DNA of 64,000 bases from a virus, in the IMG/VR virus record IMGVR_UViG_3300025687_000022; one strand, given 5' to 3'. Position numbers and translations under genes: made by a program. The notes under the pieces are model-generated. The model made no database searches and was not told the origin of the DNA. It saw nothing but the letters and a program-made list of their open reading frames with translations. Below, in pieces: positions 30,452 through 41,251 of the stretch; the stretch's first letter is position 1, and the number at the start of each line of letters is the position of its first letter.

Positions 30452-33400
30452 TTAGTCGCAAAGATTTCCATTAGCATCAAATGGATTAGTTCTTAATTTA
30501 CGACGCTTCCACCACGGCAACAGTCTTTTGCCAGGAGCAGGGCGTAAAGCTTCTCTTAGTTTTTTAAACTCTATTTGTGCTGGCGAGCTTTGGTTTCCAA
30601 ACTCTGCGTTATCAAAGTCGCGAGAATTGTAATAATTTTTGAACAGCTTTTTGATTCTATAAGTTGAATTCTTAAGCAATTCTTGATCCCAATTATCCCA
30701 CTCAAGAACCCCTACCCCGCCAAACAACCCAGGGGCTCGATCTTTATAAGACGCCCATGCACCATCGGGAGCAGTTGCTTCGTATTCCGTTATATTTCCA
30801 AATATATCTTGAGTTTGTGTTGGCTCTCCAAATTTTTCAATTTCAATTCCATTAACTTCTGTCGTTGTTATTTGAACCCCCGGCTTTCCACCAAAATCAA
30901 AGTCTAATGATCGTTTAAATGTTTGACCTTTTTCAACGGTTACCTCGCCAATAGAAGGCAGCATTGCCACATCGTTGTAAATGGCAGCTATTGCCACAAG
31001 CTTATTGAAACCAAAAACATACTGACTAGCAAGAATATAATCTTTATCTTTCTTTAAATGGTTTATTAAACAAAGTAAATTTAAACTATCGCCAGTTAGA
31101 TTTTTGAAATCAGATAACGGAAGATCAAGTGCATCAATTTCAACAGAAGTTATTTCTCTGTAAATACCATTATAATACGTCCCAAAAGCTAAACCGTATC
31201 TAACTCCAAGCTTACCTTTGATACCAACAGCATTTCCACTTTCGTCCTCTATTAACCTCATGTCGCCAGGATAAACTTCGGAGATTAATAAATCAAGATT
31301 TTCATTTGAAGTTATTTCTGATGAAGCTTCTGTTGGGCTATACCTCTCTCCATTGATTGAAATATATTTTTGTAATGCGAAAGGCTGTGCCTGATCGTAA
31401 CTAAATCCGCTACCGTACTCTGGAACGTCACCAACTTTAACTTCTACAATATTCGCAAATGGAGTTAATATATCTTGTGATGCTTCTTCGTCATGATATT
31501 CCCCAGCCATGTAAATTGGAAGACCAGTCGTTGAATCGATGTGAACATGATAATAGCCAATATATTCTTGTCCAACTGTTCTAGTTCCTTCATTTGATTC
31601 TGAAACAGTTAGTTGTGCTCCGTTTGTGTAATAAGGCTCCTCAACTTCCTCGTTTTCTTCGTAAGGAATCGTTGGCAAGTCTCCATTAGTCGCGGAGTAA
31701 GTCCCATCAACATTTAATGATTCGTTAAGTGTTAGTGTCGAACCTTGACACATTTTTTCAAAAATATAATAATCTAAATCAAGGATGTCTGGCTCAAGAT
31801 TAATACGTTTTAAATTAACCATAAAGTTCTTGCCCATCTCATTTAATTGCTGGACAACGAAATCTGTTAATATTAGTTTTGCATCTTCTTCTGTGTCCCT
31901 AACAGCTTCAAGATTTTTCTTTTGTCTGTAATTTTTAAGGTTAGTTAAGCGGTTAATTTCACCAATCTCAACTGCTTCTTTTCTTTCTTCTTTGTAGGGA
32001 TACTCGTACTCTTCTTGGAGGTCGTTTAACCTAAAGAGCGCATCTAAAACTTCAGGTGGAGCTTCGATTTTTCCAATATCTACAAGATAAGCATAAGTCT
32101 GAACTGACTGCTCTAAGAAAGAATACCAGAATTCATCGTCGCTGAAAAGGTTGAAGATCTCCCACGGAGGGTTTTTAACATCTCTAAATGACTTTTCCAT
32201 GTTCTCAACAATAAAAGAAGCATAAACAGAGCTAAATATCTGCGGGAACTTTGGAGCAAAACGAGAAAATGTTGGGAGAGTCTTAATCATGCTCGCGCTA
32301 ATAAAGATGCGTGTTGCTGCCATAATAAGCCCTTGCATACTGGCTTTGGCAGCACGAGTCATAACTCTGTTATACGGAAGCTCAACTATGCAATCTTCGT
32401 CGTATTTTAATCGCTCATCTTCTGGGATGTTGGGATAAATTTCGTCTATCATATCTTGAATAGATTCAAAATTAACAACATCTGCAATTTGTGGCTTGCA
32501 CGCACTTAACTCAGGAAAGAATACATCCACCACACCCATCCAACCTTCAGGCGTTTGTGGCTTGATGTATAGTGGTGGACTAACATAATTTCCACCGTAC
32601 TTTGCAGGATCAAGATAAAAGATTCTAGTTTTATCTGGCGTTTCAGCAATATCATTTTTGTATTGATCATAGCTGATACCCAAGATCATGTCTCTATTTG
32701 AATATCCAGTATCAGCATACGGAACCCATTCACCGTCTTGGTTGATACCATATGCCGTATCTTCTTCTGTTAAGTTCTCAAACTGCGCACCATAATTCCA
32801 AGCACTTTGGTCGCTTTCATAATCCGAGATTGTAGTAAAAACAGTTTTTGAGAATTGTTTTATTACTTGCGCACGTAGTTTATTGACATCTGAAATTGTA
32901 ATAGAATCATCGTTTTTCATTTCCAGCATTTCTTTGAATAAAGTTGATTGAGGCGGGCTTGCTGGCTTGTCGCCGCCGAACTGACCTATAAAACTTGGGT
33001 AGTTATCATTTAAATATAACTCCATACTATCGCCATTAGGAGCAATTCTCGTTAAAGTATTATCAACGCCAATAAATTCGTATTTTAAATCTGTGATAAT
33101 TGAAGGATCTTTCTTCTCGGCTGTTGAAGTTGCTGCATCTGAGCTTATTTCGTCGCCTTCTCCTTCAAATACTGGAGGAATAAAATCACTATTAATTTCG
33201 TTTACTTTTGCATTTTGGTTGTTGTAGTCGTAAATTCTAATGCGTACATTATCGCTAAAGATGTTTTCTACAGATCCAGATTCATTTAAAGCTAAATCCC
33301 CAAAGAAGCTTTGAAGCTCGAAGCCCCAACTAAAATCTGATTCATCAGTAGCTTTTAATCCTTTTGCATTATCATAATAAGTAAAAGATAAATCAGGTTC

Positions 33401-36400
33401 AGCTTTTCTTGGTAAATAAGTAAACTGAACTTCTTCTATTTTACCATCAGATTCTATTGGCTGAACATCTACATTATATCCAAGGTCAGGTATACCAAGA
33501 AGATCGACACTTCCAAATATACCATCCATGCCAAGTTCCTTCAGTGATAAAGACCATTGCTCTTCTTCTGAAACTTCGTTGTTTATATTTGTTGTGATTG
33601 AACTCCCTATGTTATTCATTTCTTCTTGAAGATACGCAGCAACTTTTGTTGGGAAAGCTCCTCTTTGGAAATCAGCAATAAACGGAGTAAGTGCAAGACC
33701 AAGGAGCGGATTTGTTAAAAAGATTGCAGCCATTTGAGCATCAGTAGGTGAAAATGTTCCGTACCCATCAACGTAATTTGGTCTTAAAATTGCTCTTCTT
33801 GTATGCGCGGTAAGGGGAATGCCCATAGTGTCAGACAACATCATGTTGATTAAACCCCAATTATCTTCACCAGGACCGTTGCCAATCATGTCTTTTGAAT
33901 AATCAACTTGTAACTGTTCAAAATCTCCACCAATCGCGAACGTTGTTGATTGTGATGCAACTTCGGACTCGTAAGGAATAATGCCGTTATTACAACCAGG
34001 ATCTGAAACTAACGGCGGCATTTGCTGCTGTAAATAACAAGCAATACCATCAGGCTTTGAAATACAATCCAAAACATTTGCAAAATCACCTAAATCCTCA
34101 AGACCTCTTGAGTTATCGCACATTTGAGAGATTTGTTCTGGTGATGCTCTGCCTTCTAATATTGAGAATCTTGTTTCACAAAAGTTTTCCACTAAAGCTG
34201 GATCCAAACAGATGCTTGGGTTTGCTGGACTATCATCTAAAATGTTGCCCAAAGATTGACCTAAAGAATCTCTAAAATCGGCTGGCATAAGCTTGCCCAT
34301 ATTGCCAAAAAAACTTCCAATTGCTTGTCTGTTTGGAATCGTAGATCTATAATCTGGATACTCATATTCAATAAGAGAATCAATTATTGAAAGAGTTTCG
34401 TCTGTTGCTTGCCCGAGGATTAACTGCGTTAACTCTGCTTGTGTTAGTGATGAACTAACATCTTCAGCAAATTGCAAAGTTTGTTCTGTATTTGCAAGAG
34501 CAGCAGAACCAACTCCGAGAGAAGCAACCATATCTATAATTGTATTATCAACGTCTTCGCTTGCTGCATTCTCTCCGCAAATAGACTCTCTAATTAAGTT
34601 TACTAAATTTTGTCTTCCAGTTGAAAGCTGGGGGCTGTTCGACAAAATATCCCCTGCTAATTCTAGTCTATTACAAGTTGCGTTTCCAAGTGTTTGGCAA
34701 ATCTTAACAATTAATTTAATTAAGATCTTCATTATTGTAACTTGAATTGTGCATCGAATAGCTGCGAAAAGGGATGCGGTCAAATCAAATCTAAGAGGCA
34801 ACCAAACAAATGGATTTTGAAAATTTGGAAATGTTAGATCATCTATGTTCTCACAAAAAGGTAAATCAATTTCTTTAATAAAATCAATTATGCTTGGCTC
34901 GAAAAGAGGTGGCACTGGACAATCCACCAAAGCAATAATATTTGAAATTAAACGTGCGCCTGGGAATCGATTTAATTCATCTACTAATTCTAATAAGTTG
35001 TTTCCATAGACCTCAAGCATTGCTTGGATATAAGCTTCCAATACGATACTAGAACTCAATTTATTTGCCGCAGATGCCGGATCTAGCTGACTAGCAAGTG
35101 TTCTTTTTTCTTGTTGCGTTTGTTGGTTACTGGAATTTGCTCCCGTCGTGTCATTTAAGCTTTCTGAACCAGCATCATTATCTTCCCACGGAGGTAAAGC
35201 AGAAATATTTCCAGCAGCTATTGCATCAGAAATTTCTTGATTTGTTGAGCCTTCTTTAAAAATATCGCCACTTTCTAGCTTTTGCTTTACAAGGGCGTCT
35301 AGTTCTGCTTGTTTGTCTGGGGGCAAGCCTACAAATAAATCTCCAAAATTGGTTATTGACATTCCACGTAGAGCAGATTCAGTAATTTTAGAAAGTGATT
35401 CTTCAAGTGTCAGACCGCTCATCAAACAATTAATAACATCAATTAGCGCATCATAAAGACCACATAATTTAATATCGTCTAACCCAAGCTCCCACAATTG
35501 ATTAATGTCAAAATCGGTACTACTGCCAGTTGAACCGCCAGCAAAACAAGAAATAAAATTAATTTTGTCTAACGAACTAGATCCTCCAATAAGAATCGTG
35601 TCACATAAATTTAAAAATGGTTGTTTGCCTTGTTCAAGCTCGGCGTAAGCTTGCTCTAAAGCCATCGCTTTCATATTTTGTTCAGCTTCGTCAAGATTTC
35701 CAACAGCCACAAGGGTTCTAACTTCTAACGAAAAATCTAGGTCGGCTGTAAACCTGTTTTCTCTTTTTGCTTCGCTTACAGACTTACACAGCGATTCGTG
35801 GAACTTATAAGCAATAGCATCACCAATACCAAATACATCATCTAAAATATCTTGACCGAGTTGCTTTCCTTCTTCTGCAAGCGCACTTGCAATACAACTT
35901 CCGGCAGACAAATTAGCTGTTAAGTTATCGCCACCAGCGGAATAGACTTCTGGAAATGTATGTTTAATAACAAAATCAAGCCAAGGTAAGGGCTCTCTTG
36001 CTGTTAAGTCAGTTTCCATCTCTTTCATGCGAGAGAAATAATAAACTGCTGTTTGATCTTTCCACGCTTGCTTGCTGTTTAAATCGTTACACCTTTTCTG
36101 TCCCCAAACAATAGGCTTAGAACCACACGCTTCATAAAAAAACTCTATTTTCTTGACAACATACCGACTAAGATTTTGATTAAAAGTAATAGTAAATGTA
36201 GCTTCTGTAACTACATTTCTGCCTTTTAAGAATAGTCCATCTGTGCCTGGGATTGAATAATTGTATTTTGAAAAGAAAGCTCCAAGGTCGTCTATTAAAG
36301 ACTTCATGCTTGAGTTGCCAAACCCAAAATCACCATAGTTGCCTAAGTTGAAAACACGATCATCGTCTAAAAATCGAAGACTTTCTTCTTGAGTGAACTG

Positions 36401-37000
36401 ATATGCTTTATAATAGCGGTTATAAAGACTAAGACCTTTACGAATTTTAAGTGCTAAAATGGCGATCTCATCACCAGAATAGGTAAATTCAATATCTCCA
36501 GCTTCTGTTTCTGATTCTTCTTCTGAATCTGATTCTCCAATAGCGTCCAGAACTTCAATTGGGACAGAGTAAAGTAATTTTAATTTAGAGAATTGTCGTG
36601 GATCAAGATAATAATCAGTATACTCAAGATTTTCTTTTATAAAAGAGCGAGTTCCTTCTGTGTCGTTTTTATTGTAAGACAACAAAAGAAACTCAATTGC
36701 TTGATCAGAATAAGCATCATAAATATTATTTAAAGCGCTTTGAGCTTCACTATCTGACATTCCATCTGTATAGCCAGTATTTGATTCTGTTGTAGTAATA
36801 GTAATTTGGTATTGGCATTCTCGACCATTAAAATACGGCTCGTATTCCGTCAAGTTGTACCAAATAGGAATTATCGCATTTGGATCTGGAGTGCAAGTGG
36901 GACATTCTTTAACGTCTTCTATTCTTACTTCTTCTTTACAAGAATCGTTAAACCCATCACCATCAACATCTTGGAATGGTAAAAACTTTGATTCAGCCAT
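30452..37000 (-). CDS. giant acidic hypothetical protein, probably virion-associated
   Basis: 2182 aa between the gp5-like and gp25-like genes; N-terminal DVDGDGFND motif; many Cys. Confidence 0.6.
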   Translation of the reverse strand: MAESKFLPFQDVDGDGFNDSCKEEVRIEDVKECPTCTPDPNAIIPIWYNLTEYEPYFNGRECQYQITITTTESNTGYTDGMSDSEAQSALNNIYDAYSDQAIEFLLLSYNKNDTEGTRSFIKENLEYTDYYLDPRQFSKLKLLYSVPIEVLDAIGESDSEEESETEAGDIEFTYSGDEIAILALKIRKGLSLYNRYYKAYQFTQEESLRFLDDDRVFNLGNYGDFGFGNSSMKSLIDDLGAFFSKYNYSIPGTDGLFLKGRNVVTEATFTITFNQNLSRYVVKKIEFFYEACGSKPIVWGQKRCNDLNSKQAWKDQTAVYYFSRMKEMETDLTAREPLPWLDFVIKHTFPEVYSAGGDNLTANLSAGSCIASALAEEGKQLGQDILDDVFGIGDAIAYKFHESLCKSVSEAKRENRFTADLDFSLEVRTLVAVGNLDEAEQNMKAMALEQAYAELEQGKQPFLNLCDTILIGGSSSLDKINFISCFAGGSTGSSTDFDINQLWELGLDDIKLCGLYDALIDVINCLMSGLTLEESLSKITESALRGMSITNFGDLFVGLPPDKQAELDALVKQKLESGDIFKEGSTNQEISDAIAAGNISALPPWEDNDAGSESLNDTTGANSSNQQTQQEKRTLASQLDPASAANKLSSSIVLEAYIQAMLEVYGNNLLELVDELNRFPGARLISNIIALVDCPVPPLFEPSIIDFIKEIDLPFCENIDDLTFPNFQNPFVWLPLRFDLTASLFAAIRCTIQVTIMKILIKLIVKICQTLGNATCNRLELAGDILSNSPQLSTGRQNLVNLIRESICGENAASEDVDNTIIDMVASLGVGSAALANTEQTLQFAEDVSSSLTQAELTQLILGQATDETLSIIDSLIEYEYPDYRSTIPNRQAIGSFFGNMGKLMPADFRDSLGQSLGNILDDSPANPSICLDPALVENFCETRFSILEGRASPEQISQMCDNSRGLEDLGDFANVLDCISKPDGIACYLQQQMPPLVSDPGCNNGIIPYESEVASQSTTFAIGGDFEQLQVDYSKDMIGNGPGEDNWGLINMMLSDTMGIPLTAHTRRAILRPNYVDGYGTFSPTDAQMAAIFLTNPLLGLALTPFIADFQRGAFPTKVAAYLQEEMNNIGSSITTNINNEVSEEEQWSLSLKELGMDGIFGSVDLLGIPDLGYNVDVQPIESDGKIEEVQFTYLPRKAEPDLSFTYYDNAKGLKATDESDFSWGFELQSFFGDLALNESGSVENIFSDNVRIRIYDYNNQNAKVNEINSDFIPPVFEGEGDEISSDAATSTAEKKDPSIITDLKYEFIGVDNTLTRIAPNGDSMELYLNDNYPSFIGQFGGDKPASPPQSTLFKEMLEMKNDDSITISDVNKLRAQVIKQFSKTVFTTISDYESDQSAWNYGAQFENLTEEDTAYGINQDGEWVPYADTGYSNRDMILGISYDQYKNDIAETPDKTRIFYLDPAKYGGNYVSPPLYIKPQTPEGWMGVVDVFFPELSACKPQIADVVNFESIQDMIDEIYPNIPEDERLKYDEDCIVELPYNRVMTRAAKASMQGLIMAATRIFISASMIKTLPTFSRFAPKFPQIFSSVYASFIVENMEKSFRDVKNPPWEIFNLFSDDEFWYSFLEQSVQTYAYLVDIGKIEAPPEVLDALFRLNDLQEEYEYPYKEERKEAVEIGEINRLTNLKNYRQKKNLEAVRDTEEDAKLILTDFVVQQLNEMGKNFMVNLKRINLEPDILDLDYYIFEKMCQGSTLTLNESLNVDGTYSATNGDLPTIPYEENEEVEEPYYTNGAQLTVSESNEGTRTVGQEYIGYYHVHIDSTTGLPIYMAGEYHDEEASQDILTPFANIVEVKVGDVPEYGSGFSYDQAQPFALQKYISINGERYSPTEASSEITSNENLDLLISEVYPGDMRLIEDESGNAVGIKGKLGVRYGLAFGTYYNGIYREITSVEIDALDLPLSDFKNLTGDSLNLLCLINHLKKDKDYILASQYVFGFNKLVAIAAIYNDVAMLPSIGEVTVEKGQTFKRSLDFDFGGKPGVQITTTEVNGIEIEKFGEPTQTQDIFGNITEYEATAPDGAWASYKDRAPGLFGGVGVLEWDNWDQELLKNSTYRIKKLFKNYYNSRDFDNAEFGNQSSPAQIEFKKLREALRPAPGKRLLPWWKRRKLRTNPFDANGNLCD

Positions 37001-37024
37001 ATAATTTACCTTTGTGTACAGTAG

Positions 37025-37999
37025 TTAGTTTGTTTTAACGTTTTTAGATACGATGTAGCGATCAGCGGTAGCTCCAATATATCTATTTTTCCAAAGTGTT
37101 GAATTGACTCTTGTTTGGTACAAAGAAGTTAAAACTTTAGATGCATACTGGCTGTTTCCATAAGCAACAGCAGGAGCCTGCCACGGCAAAGGACTAACAC
37201 CAAGAGGAATATTAACACCTATTTGTATTAATGTCATATTAAATACTGCACTCCAAAGTTCGCCTATAATGTCGTTTAACTCTGAAATACAAAGCTCTGT
37301 TCTTTTTCCTAAAGCCACGCCTTGAACTTGGTCAAATGCATCTTTGCTATTGAATTTTAAGCTATAGTTATTGCCTGCGACCAATTCAATTTTTGGAGCT
37401 TTTGATTCTAAAACACCACCAAGAGAATTTGTTTCACCTTTAGGTCCAAGTTTGCCACCACGCATTTTGCCAGTAGTAATCTTGACTCCTTCGCGCCCGA
37501 TAATACGCACACCATCTGCTTTAATGCCAATACCAGAACGCGCTATTAATCCTCGTCCTTCTTTTTTTGTTGGCGAAGATTCTAATCCAAAGATCTGATC
37601 AATGTCGCAGAGCCTTGAAATATAAATTCTTGCTGCATCTGCTGAAAAGTTATTATCAATAACAGAACCTTCTTTCGGTCCTTTTCCACCATAAGTCGAA
37701 GAATGGCGACCTACAACCAAATCGATTGAAGAAGCTGGAATACCTTTGGCACCATATCCGCTTGTTTTACCGGAAGGAGGAACTTGACCAAATACAATAT
37801 AAGCACCTTTATTTTCAAGTTGGGAAGCGCCAGCGGGAGTATCGTAAGTAAAAGGAGTGCCGTATAAAGGCGTGTTAAATAATCCAGTTCCAGTAGGTAC
37901 TGAGTTTATTTGTGCTCCAGAATCAATAATCTCTTGTGCGGTTAGAGTTGGATCTTCTGAATTGCCTTTGACTAAATCTGATAATTTCTTTTTTGCCAT
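37025..37999 (-). CDS. putative baseplate hub/spike (gp5/VgrG-like) protein
   Basis: Gly-rich beta repeats (DAARIYIS, SGIGIKADGVRIIGREGVKITT) and position in the baseplate module. Confidence 0.5.
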   Translation of the reverse strand: MAKKKLSDLVKGNSEDPTLTAQEIIDSGAQINSVPTGTGLFNTPLYGTPFTYDTPAGASQLENKGAYIVFGQVPPSGKTSGYGAKGIPASSIDLVVGRHSSTYGGKGPKEGSVIDNNFSADAARIYISRLCDIDQIFGLESSPTKKEGRGLIARSGIGIKADGVRIIGREGVKITTGKMRGGKLGPKGETNSLGGVLESKAPKIELVAGNNYSLKFNSKDAFDQVQGVALGKRTELCISELNDIIGELWSAVFNMTLIQIGVNIPLGVSPLPWQAPAVAYGNSQYASKVLTSLYQTRVNSTLWKNRYIGATADRYIVSKNVKTN

Positions 38000-38002
38000 T
38001 TT

Positions 38003-39127
38003 TTATCTACCGTCTATGCTCCAGTGCCAGGGTTCTTCCCTATAATTTTTAAAACCATCTGTCTTTTTCTCTAAATCCAGCATGTAGTTGTAAGTTTTTG
38101 AATTTTTAGCTGAATCAGTACCTAGAATGCCAGAAAAGTCTATCGCAAGACCAAATAAATGTCGAGAACCATCTTCTGGCGATTTAGTTGGGATAGGAGC
38201 AGCAGGAGGTTCAAAATTGCCATCGCCAGAACTTATTGTCAAAAGTTGTTCATAGGTAAAATCGTTTCCTGCTTTTATAGAATTAGTTATTCTTAGTGAC
38301 ATTTGCGTCTCCACGCTTCTAAGTCCACCTCCAGCGTCGAATTTTTCACCAAACCCTTGTGCTTTAACGTTCTCGTAAACTTCTTTTACTTTATCCCAAA
38401 AAACGGGGTGTAAAGTTACATTCTTTGTTCCTATCTTGCCTGTCTTACAAAGCACTATGTCATAGCCGCCTATGCCGCCACAATGTCCCTCTGGAGGAAA
38501 CAATTTTGCTGCGTTAGGGTACTGGCTTGTCCAGTAGTCATAAAGCTTTTGTGTATTTTCTATATTACCTGGATTTTCACCATTCCTAAGTTCTGCTAAA
38601 GAAAAAACTGGAGATGTGTCAAAAGCATCTTTTAAACTTTCACAAGGTGCGCCGCCCTCTGGTGATTTTTGGAATATTTCTGATATTCTGGATAATTCTA
38701 TTGTTTGTAAGTCAAAATCTCCAACATCAGATGCGCGACATTCACCCACGATCTCATCACCAATTTGTAGATTGCCAACGTCAGGGCTGATTTTTGTACT
38801 AGCTATTATTCTTGTATGCAAACTACCAAGAACATTTTGTTTGTAAGGATCAGAAGCGACAGAAAGATCACAAATGTCAGGCAAGTAACTTTCATGAGCC
38901 ATATTGTTTTGTAATATTCTTCCCATAAAAATAAACTTAGTTTCGGCTCTTCCATCTTCTGTCTCCTTCTCCTCGGTATCACCACTTGAAGTTTGAGGTC
39001 CAGAAAATCTTGTTGGCTTACTAATCACCCTAATCTTAAAGGAGTTTTCGTTTTTAAACGCATTTGTTCCATCGTCAAGTGTTTTAACAAAAAGAATCTC
39101 TGCTAGCTCCCTTAATGAAAGAGACAT
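38003..39127 (-). CDS. protein with C-terminal M15-family (VanY-like/L,D-peptidase) peptidoglycan peptidase
   Basis: LRSVETQ, SRHLFGLAIDF (SxHxxGxAxD) and EPWHW (ExWH). Confidence 0.8.
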   Translation of the reverse strand: MSLSLRELAEILFVKTLDDGTNAFKNENSFKIRVISKPTRFSGPQTSSGDTEEKETEDGRAETKFIFMGRILQNNMAHESYLPDICDLSVASDPYKQNVLGSLHTRIIASTKISPDVGNLQIGDEIVGECRASDVGDFDLQTIELSRISEIFQKSPEGGAPCESLKDAFDTSPVFSLAELRNGENPGNIENTQKLYDYWTSQYPNAAKLFPPEGHCGGIGGYDIVLCKTGKIGTKNVTLHPVFWDKVKEVYENVKAQGFGEKFDAGGGLRSVETQMSLRITNSIKAGNDFTYEQLLTISSGDGNFEPPAAPIPTKSPEDGSRHLFGLAIDFSGILGTDSAKNSKTYNYMLDLEKKTDGFKNYREEPWHWSIDGR

Positions 39128-39129
39128 GA

Positions 39130-39426
39130 TTATGACTCCTGATTACTATCTTGGAGCATATCAAAGATGTCATTTTTATCGTCGTCTGTAAGCTCAAAAG
39201 ATTGAATTTTTGCTTTTTGACGTAAACCGATAATTTTAACTAACTGCTCGTTTGAACGTTGCATGGTTTCTATATGTTTTGCAGCTACAGGTGAAAGATA
39301 TTTATTATTTTCTGCATTAACCGCGATTTGGTTTGCGATCTCATTTAAAAACTCACGAGCTATCTTGCGATCATCTCGTATGTTGTCTAATGCTTCGCTA
39401 ATTAATGAATCAATATCTTTGCTCAT
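39130..39426 (-). CDS. hypothetical helical protein
   Basis: ATGA overlap with the sigma gene stop suggests a start at 39426 (track start 39444). Confidence 0.6.
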   Translation of the reverse strand: MSKDIDSLISEALDNIRDDRKIAREFLNEIANQIAVNAENNKYLSPVAAKHIETMQRSNEQLVKIIGLRQKAKIQSFELTDDDKNDIFDMLQDSNQES

Positions 39427-40118
39427 ATTAAACCATTTTCCCAATCTTCTTTAAATGATGAATACTGCTTTCTAAACTTCTTTAAAGAATTAACTATTTG
39501 TTTAGTGTTTAAATCAGTAATCTCGCGAAGATATAAGTAAATAGCTTTCTTGTTAAAAATTTCAATGTCTTCTTTGGACTCAAAGAGAATCAAAATAGCT
39601 TTATAAACTTTTAAATCGTTTTCTTTCATGGACTCTGTATTCCAATCTTTTATTTCCTCGTAAAAAGATTGCCAGAACTCTTTCTGTAAACGATTTACTT
39701 CATAAGCATTTTGGGTTGATAAATATTGTTCTTCATATTTTTTAGAGATGTTGTCTAAATCAATCTCTCTTGTATTTTTCTTTTTCTGTTGTTTTACCTT
39801 ATGAATAAACCAGTTCTTTGAGACAACAGAAAAATAAGAAAATGCCTTTGCTTTTTCTGGACTATATTTATCGAGAACTGTAACTAACCATATTTTGCAT
39901 TCTTCTCGCAAATCATCACAGTTTGGTAAGGTTGTAAATTTGTAAGTAAAAACTATTTTATCAACCATTTCAGAAAAAGCAGGTTGTATAAAGTTTTCAT
40001 AAAGGTATGTCTTTTCTTTTAAATCATCACTATTGACATACCCTATAATTGCATCTTCATGAACTTGAGTAAAATAATGATTTGGTTCTCTACTCGACCT
40101 GCGTTGCCTGTTCTTCAT
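39423..40118 (-). CDS. phage late sigma factor (T4 gp55-like)
   Basis: HYFT N-terminal motif and region-2-like LDKYSPEKAKAFSYFSVVSKNWFI. Confidence 0.75.
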   Translation of the reverse strand: MKNRQRRSSREPNHYFTQVHEDAIIGYVNSDDLKEKTYLYENFIQPAFSEMVDKIVFTYKFTTLPNCDDLREECKIWLVTVLDKYSPEKAKAFSYFSVVSKNWFIHKVKQQKKKNTREIDLDNISKKYEEQYLSTQNAYEVNRLQKEFWQSFYEEIKDWNTESMKENDLKVYKAILILFESKEDIEIFNKKAIYLYLREITDLNTKQIVNSLKKFRKQYSSFKEDWENGLI

Positions 40119-40434
40119 CTATTGTTTCCTTTAACTGCGTTTGCTCTTCTTCGGCAGTTAAAGAATAGATATATTCAAAAGTTGTTAACTGCTCGCTAAA
40201 AGACGAGGCATGATCTAATAAAAACTTCAAAGTATTATCGCCATAATACATTTCTAATTCGTAAATTGACTGTACGTGTGCCGCAAACGATTCTACCATG
40301 CTTTGTAGATCGCCAAGCTCTTCAGAGATAGATAATAATCTTATAATCGCTGAACGAGCATAAATAAGCATGCCAACATTAAATACAAGAGAAACCAACA
40401 AAATCGCTGATAAAATAATTTCAAGTCGGCTCAT
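40090..40434 (-). CDS. hypothetical membrane-anchored coiled-coil protein
   Basis: N-terminal TM helix followed by an amphipathic helix. Confidence 0.6.
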   Translation of the reverse strand: MSRLEIILSAILLVSLVFNVGMLIYARSAIIRLLSISEELGDLQSMVESFAAHVQSIYELEMYYGDNTLKFLLDHASSFSEQLTTFEYIYSLTAEEEQTQLKETIDEEQATQVE

Positions 40435-40681
40435 AAGTTTGTTTCCTTGCTTTCTGTTGCTCTTCTTTTAGAAGCTTTCTGTTATCTTCTATATATTGCT
40501 TTGTTAGTTTTCCAACTTGTGCATTTGATTCTATCACTTCTTTTTTCAATGAAGGGGAAGTCAAGCCACGCACAAGTTGTGACTCACAAACATCGCAAAT
40601 AACAATAGGCGACTCAGAGTACAAATGAAAAACCATTTTCTCTGAATCGCAATCTTGGCATGAGTATTTATATCTCGGCAT
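40421..40681 (-). CDS. FmdB-family zinc-ribbon protein
   Basis: MPRYKYSCQDC...ICDVC. Confidence 0.8.
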   Translation of the reverse strand: MPRYKYSCQDCDSEKMVFHLYSESPIVICDVCESQLVRGLTSPSLKKEVIESNAQVGKLTKQYIEDNRKLLKEEQQKARKQTYEPT

Positions 40682-40890
40682 TAGCTTACTGTGCTGTTTA
40701 GATCATCTTCTGAAATCTGCTCACCAGTAATGCGAACTGTTGGAGGGTTCATTACAACTAGCCCCTCTTCTGAAAGGTTTAGCTCAAAGCCCTTTAAAAT
40801 AGGCACAATATCTAGCTGATGTAGTAGCGACTCTTGCAAAGCCATCATAATAGCACCAAGCGCTTGGTTTGATAATCTCATGTTTTCCAT
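40681..40890 (-). CDS. small hypothetical protein
   Basis: SD GGAG before ATG 40890 (track start 40950). Confidence 0.6.
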   Translation of the reverse strand: MENMRLSNQALGAIMMALQESLLHQLDIVPILKGFELNLSEEGLVVMNPPTVRITGEQISEDDLNSTVS

Positions 40891-40891
40891 A

Positions 40892-41251
40892 TTAATCTCC
40901 TTTTTGAATTCTATAACTATCTGAATCAAAATGTTGAGTTGAAAACTCAAACAATTCAGTGTCTTCTAACGCTATCATTTGGTGTCTAAGCCCACGATAT
41001 ACATGGAAATTGTCGCCCGATCCAAGTATTATTTCCTGTGCTTTTTCAATATCATCTGTGTCTGAAAAAAGAACTTTTATTTTTCCAGATTGGATATAAA
41101 AAACTTCATCTTTTAGTTCATGATAATGCCAAGAGCATTTTTTGTCTTTGACAAAATAGAGAAGCTTTCCGCAATACTCTTCGCAGTTAACGATCCATTT
41201 TTCAAATCCCCAGCCTTTGGGGACAAATTTAATTTCCAAAGAAGTCTTCAT
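40892..41251 (-). CDS. cupin (sugar-phosphate isomerase-like)
   Basis: VPKGWGFE, SWHYHELKDEVFYIQSG and LRHQM cupin motifs. Confidence 0.8.
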   Translation of the reverse strand: MKTSLEIKFVPKGWGFEKWIVNCEEYCGKLLYFVKDKKCSWHYHELKDEVFYIQSGKIKVLFSDTDDIEKAQEIILGSGDNFHVYRGLRHQMIALEDTELFEFSTQHFDSDSYRIQKGD

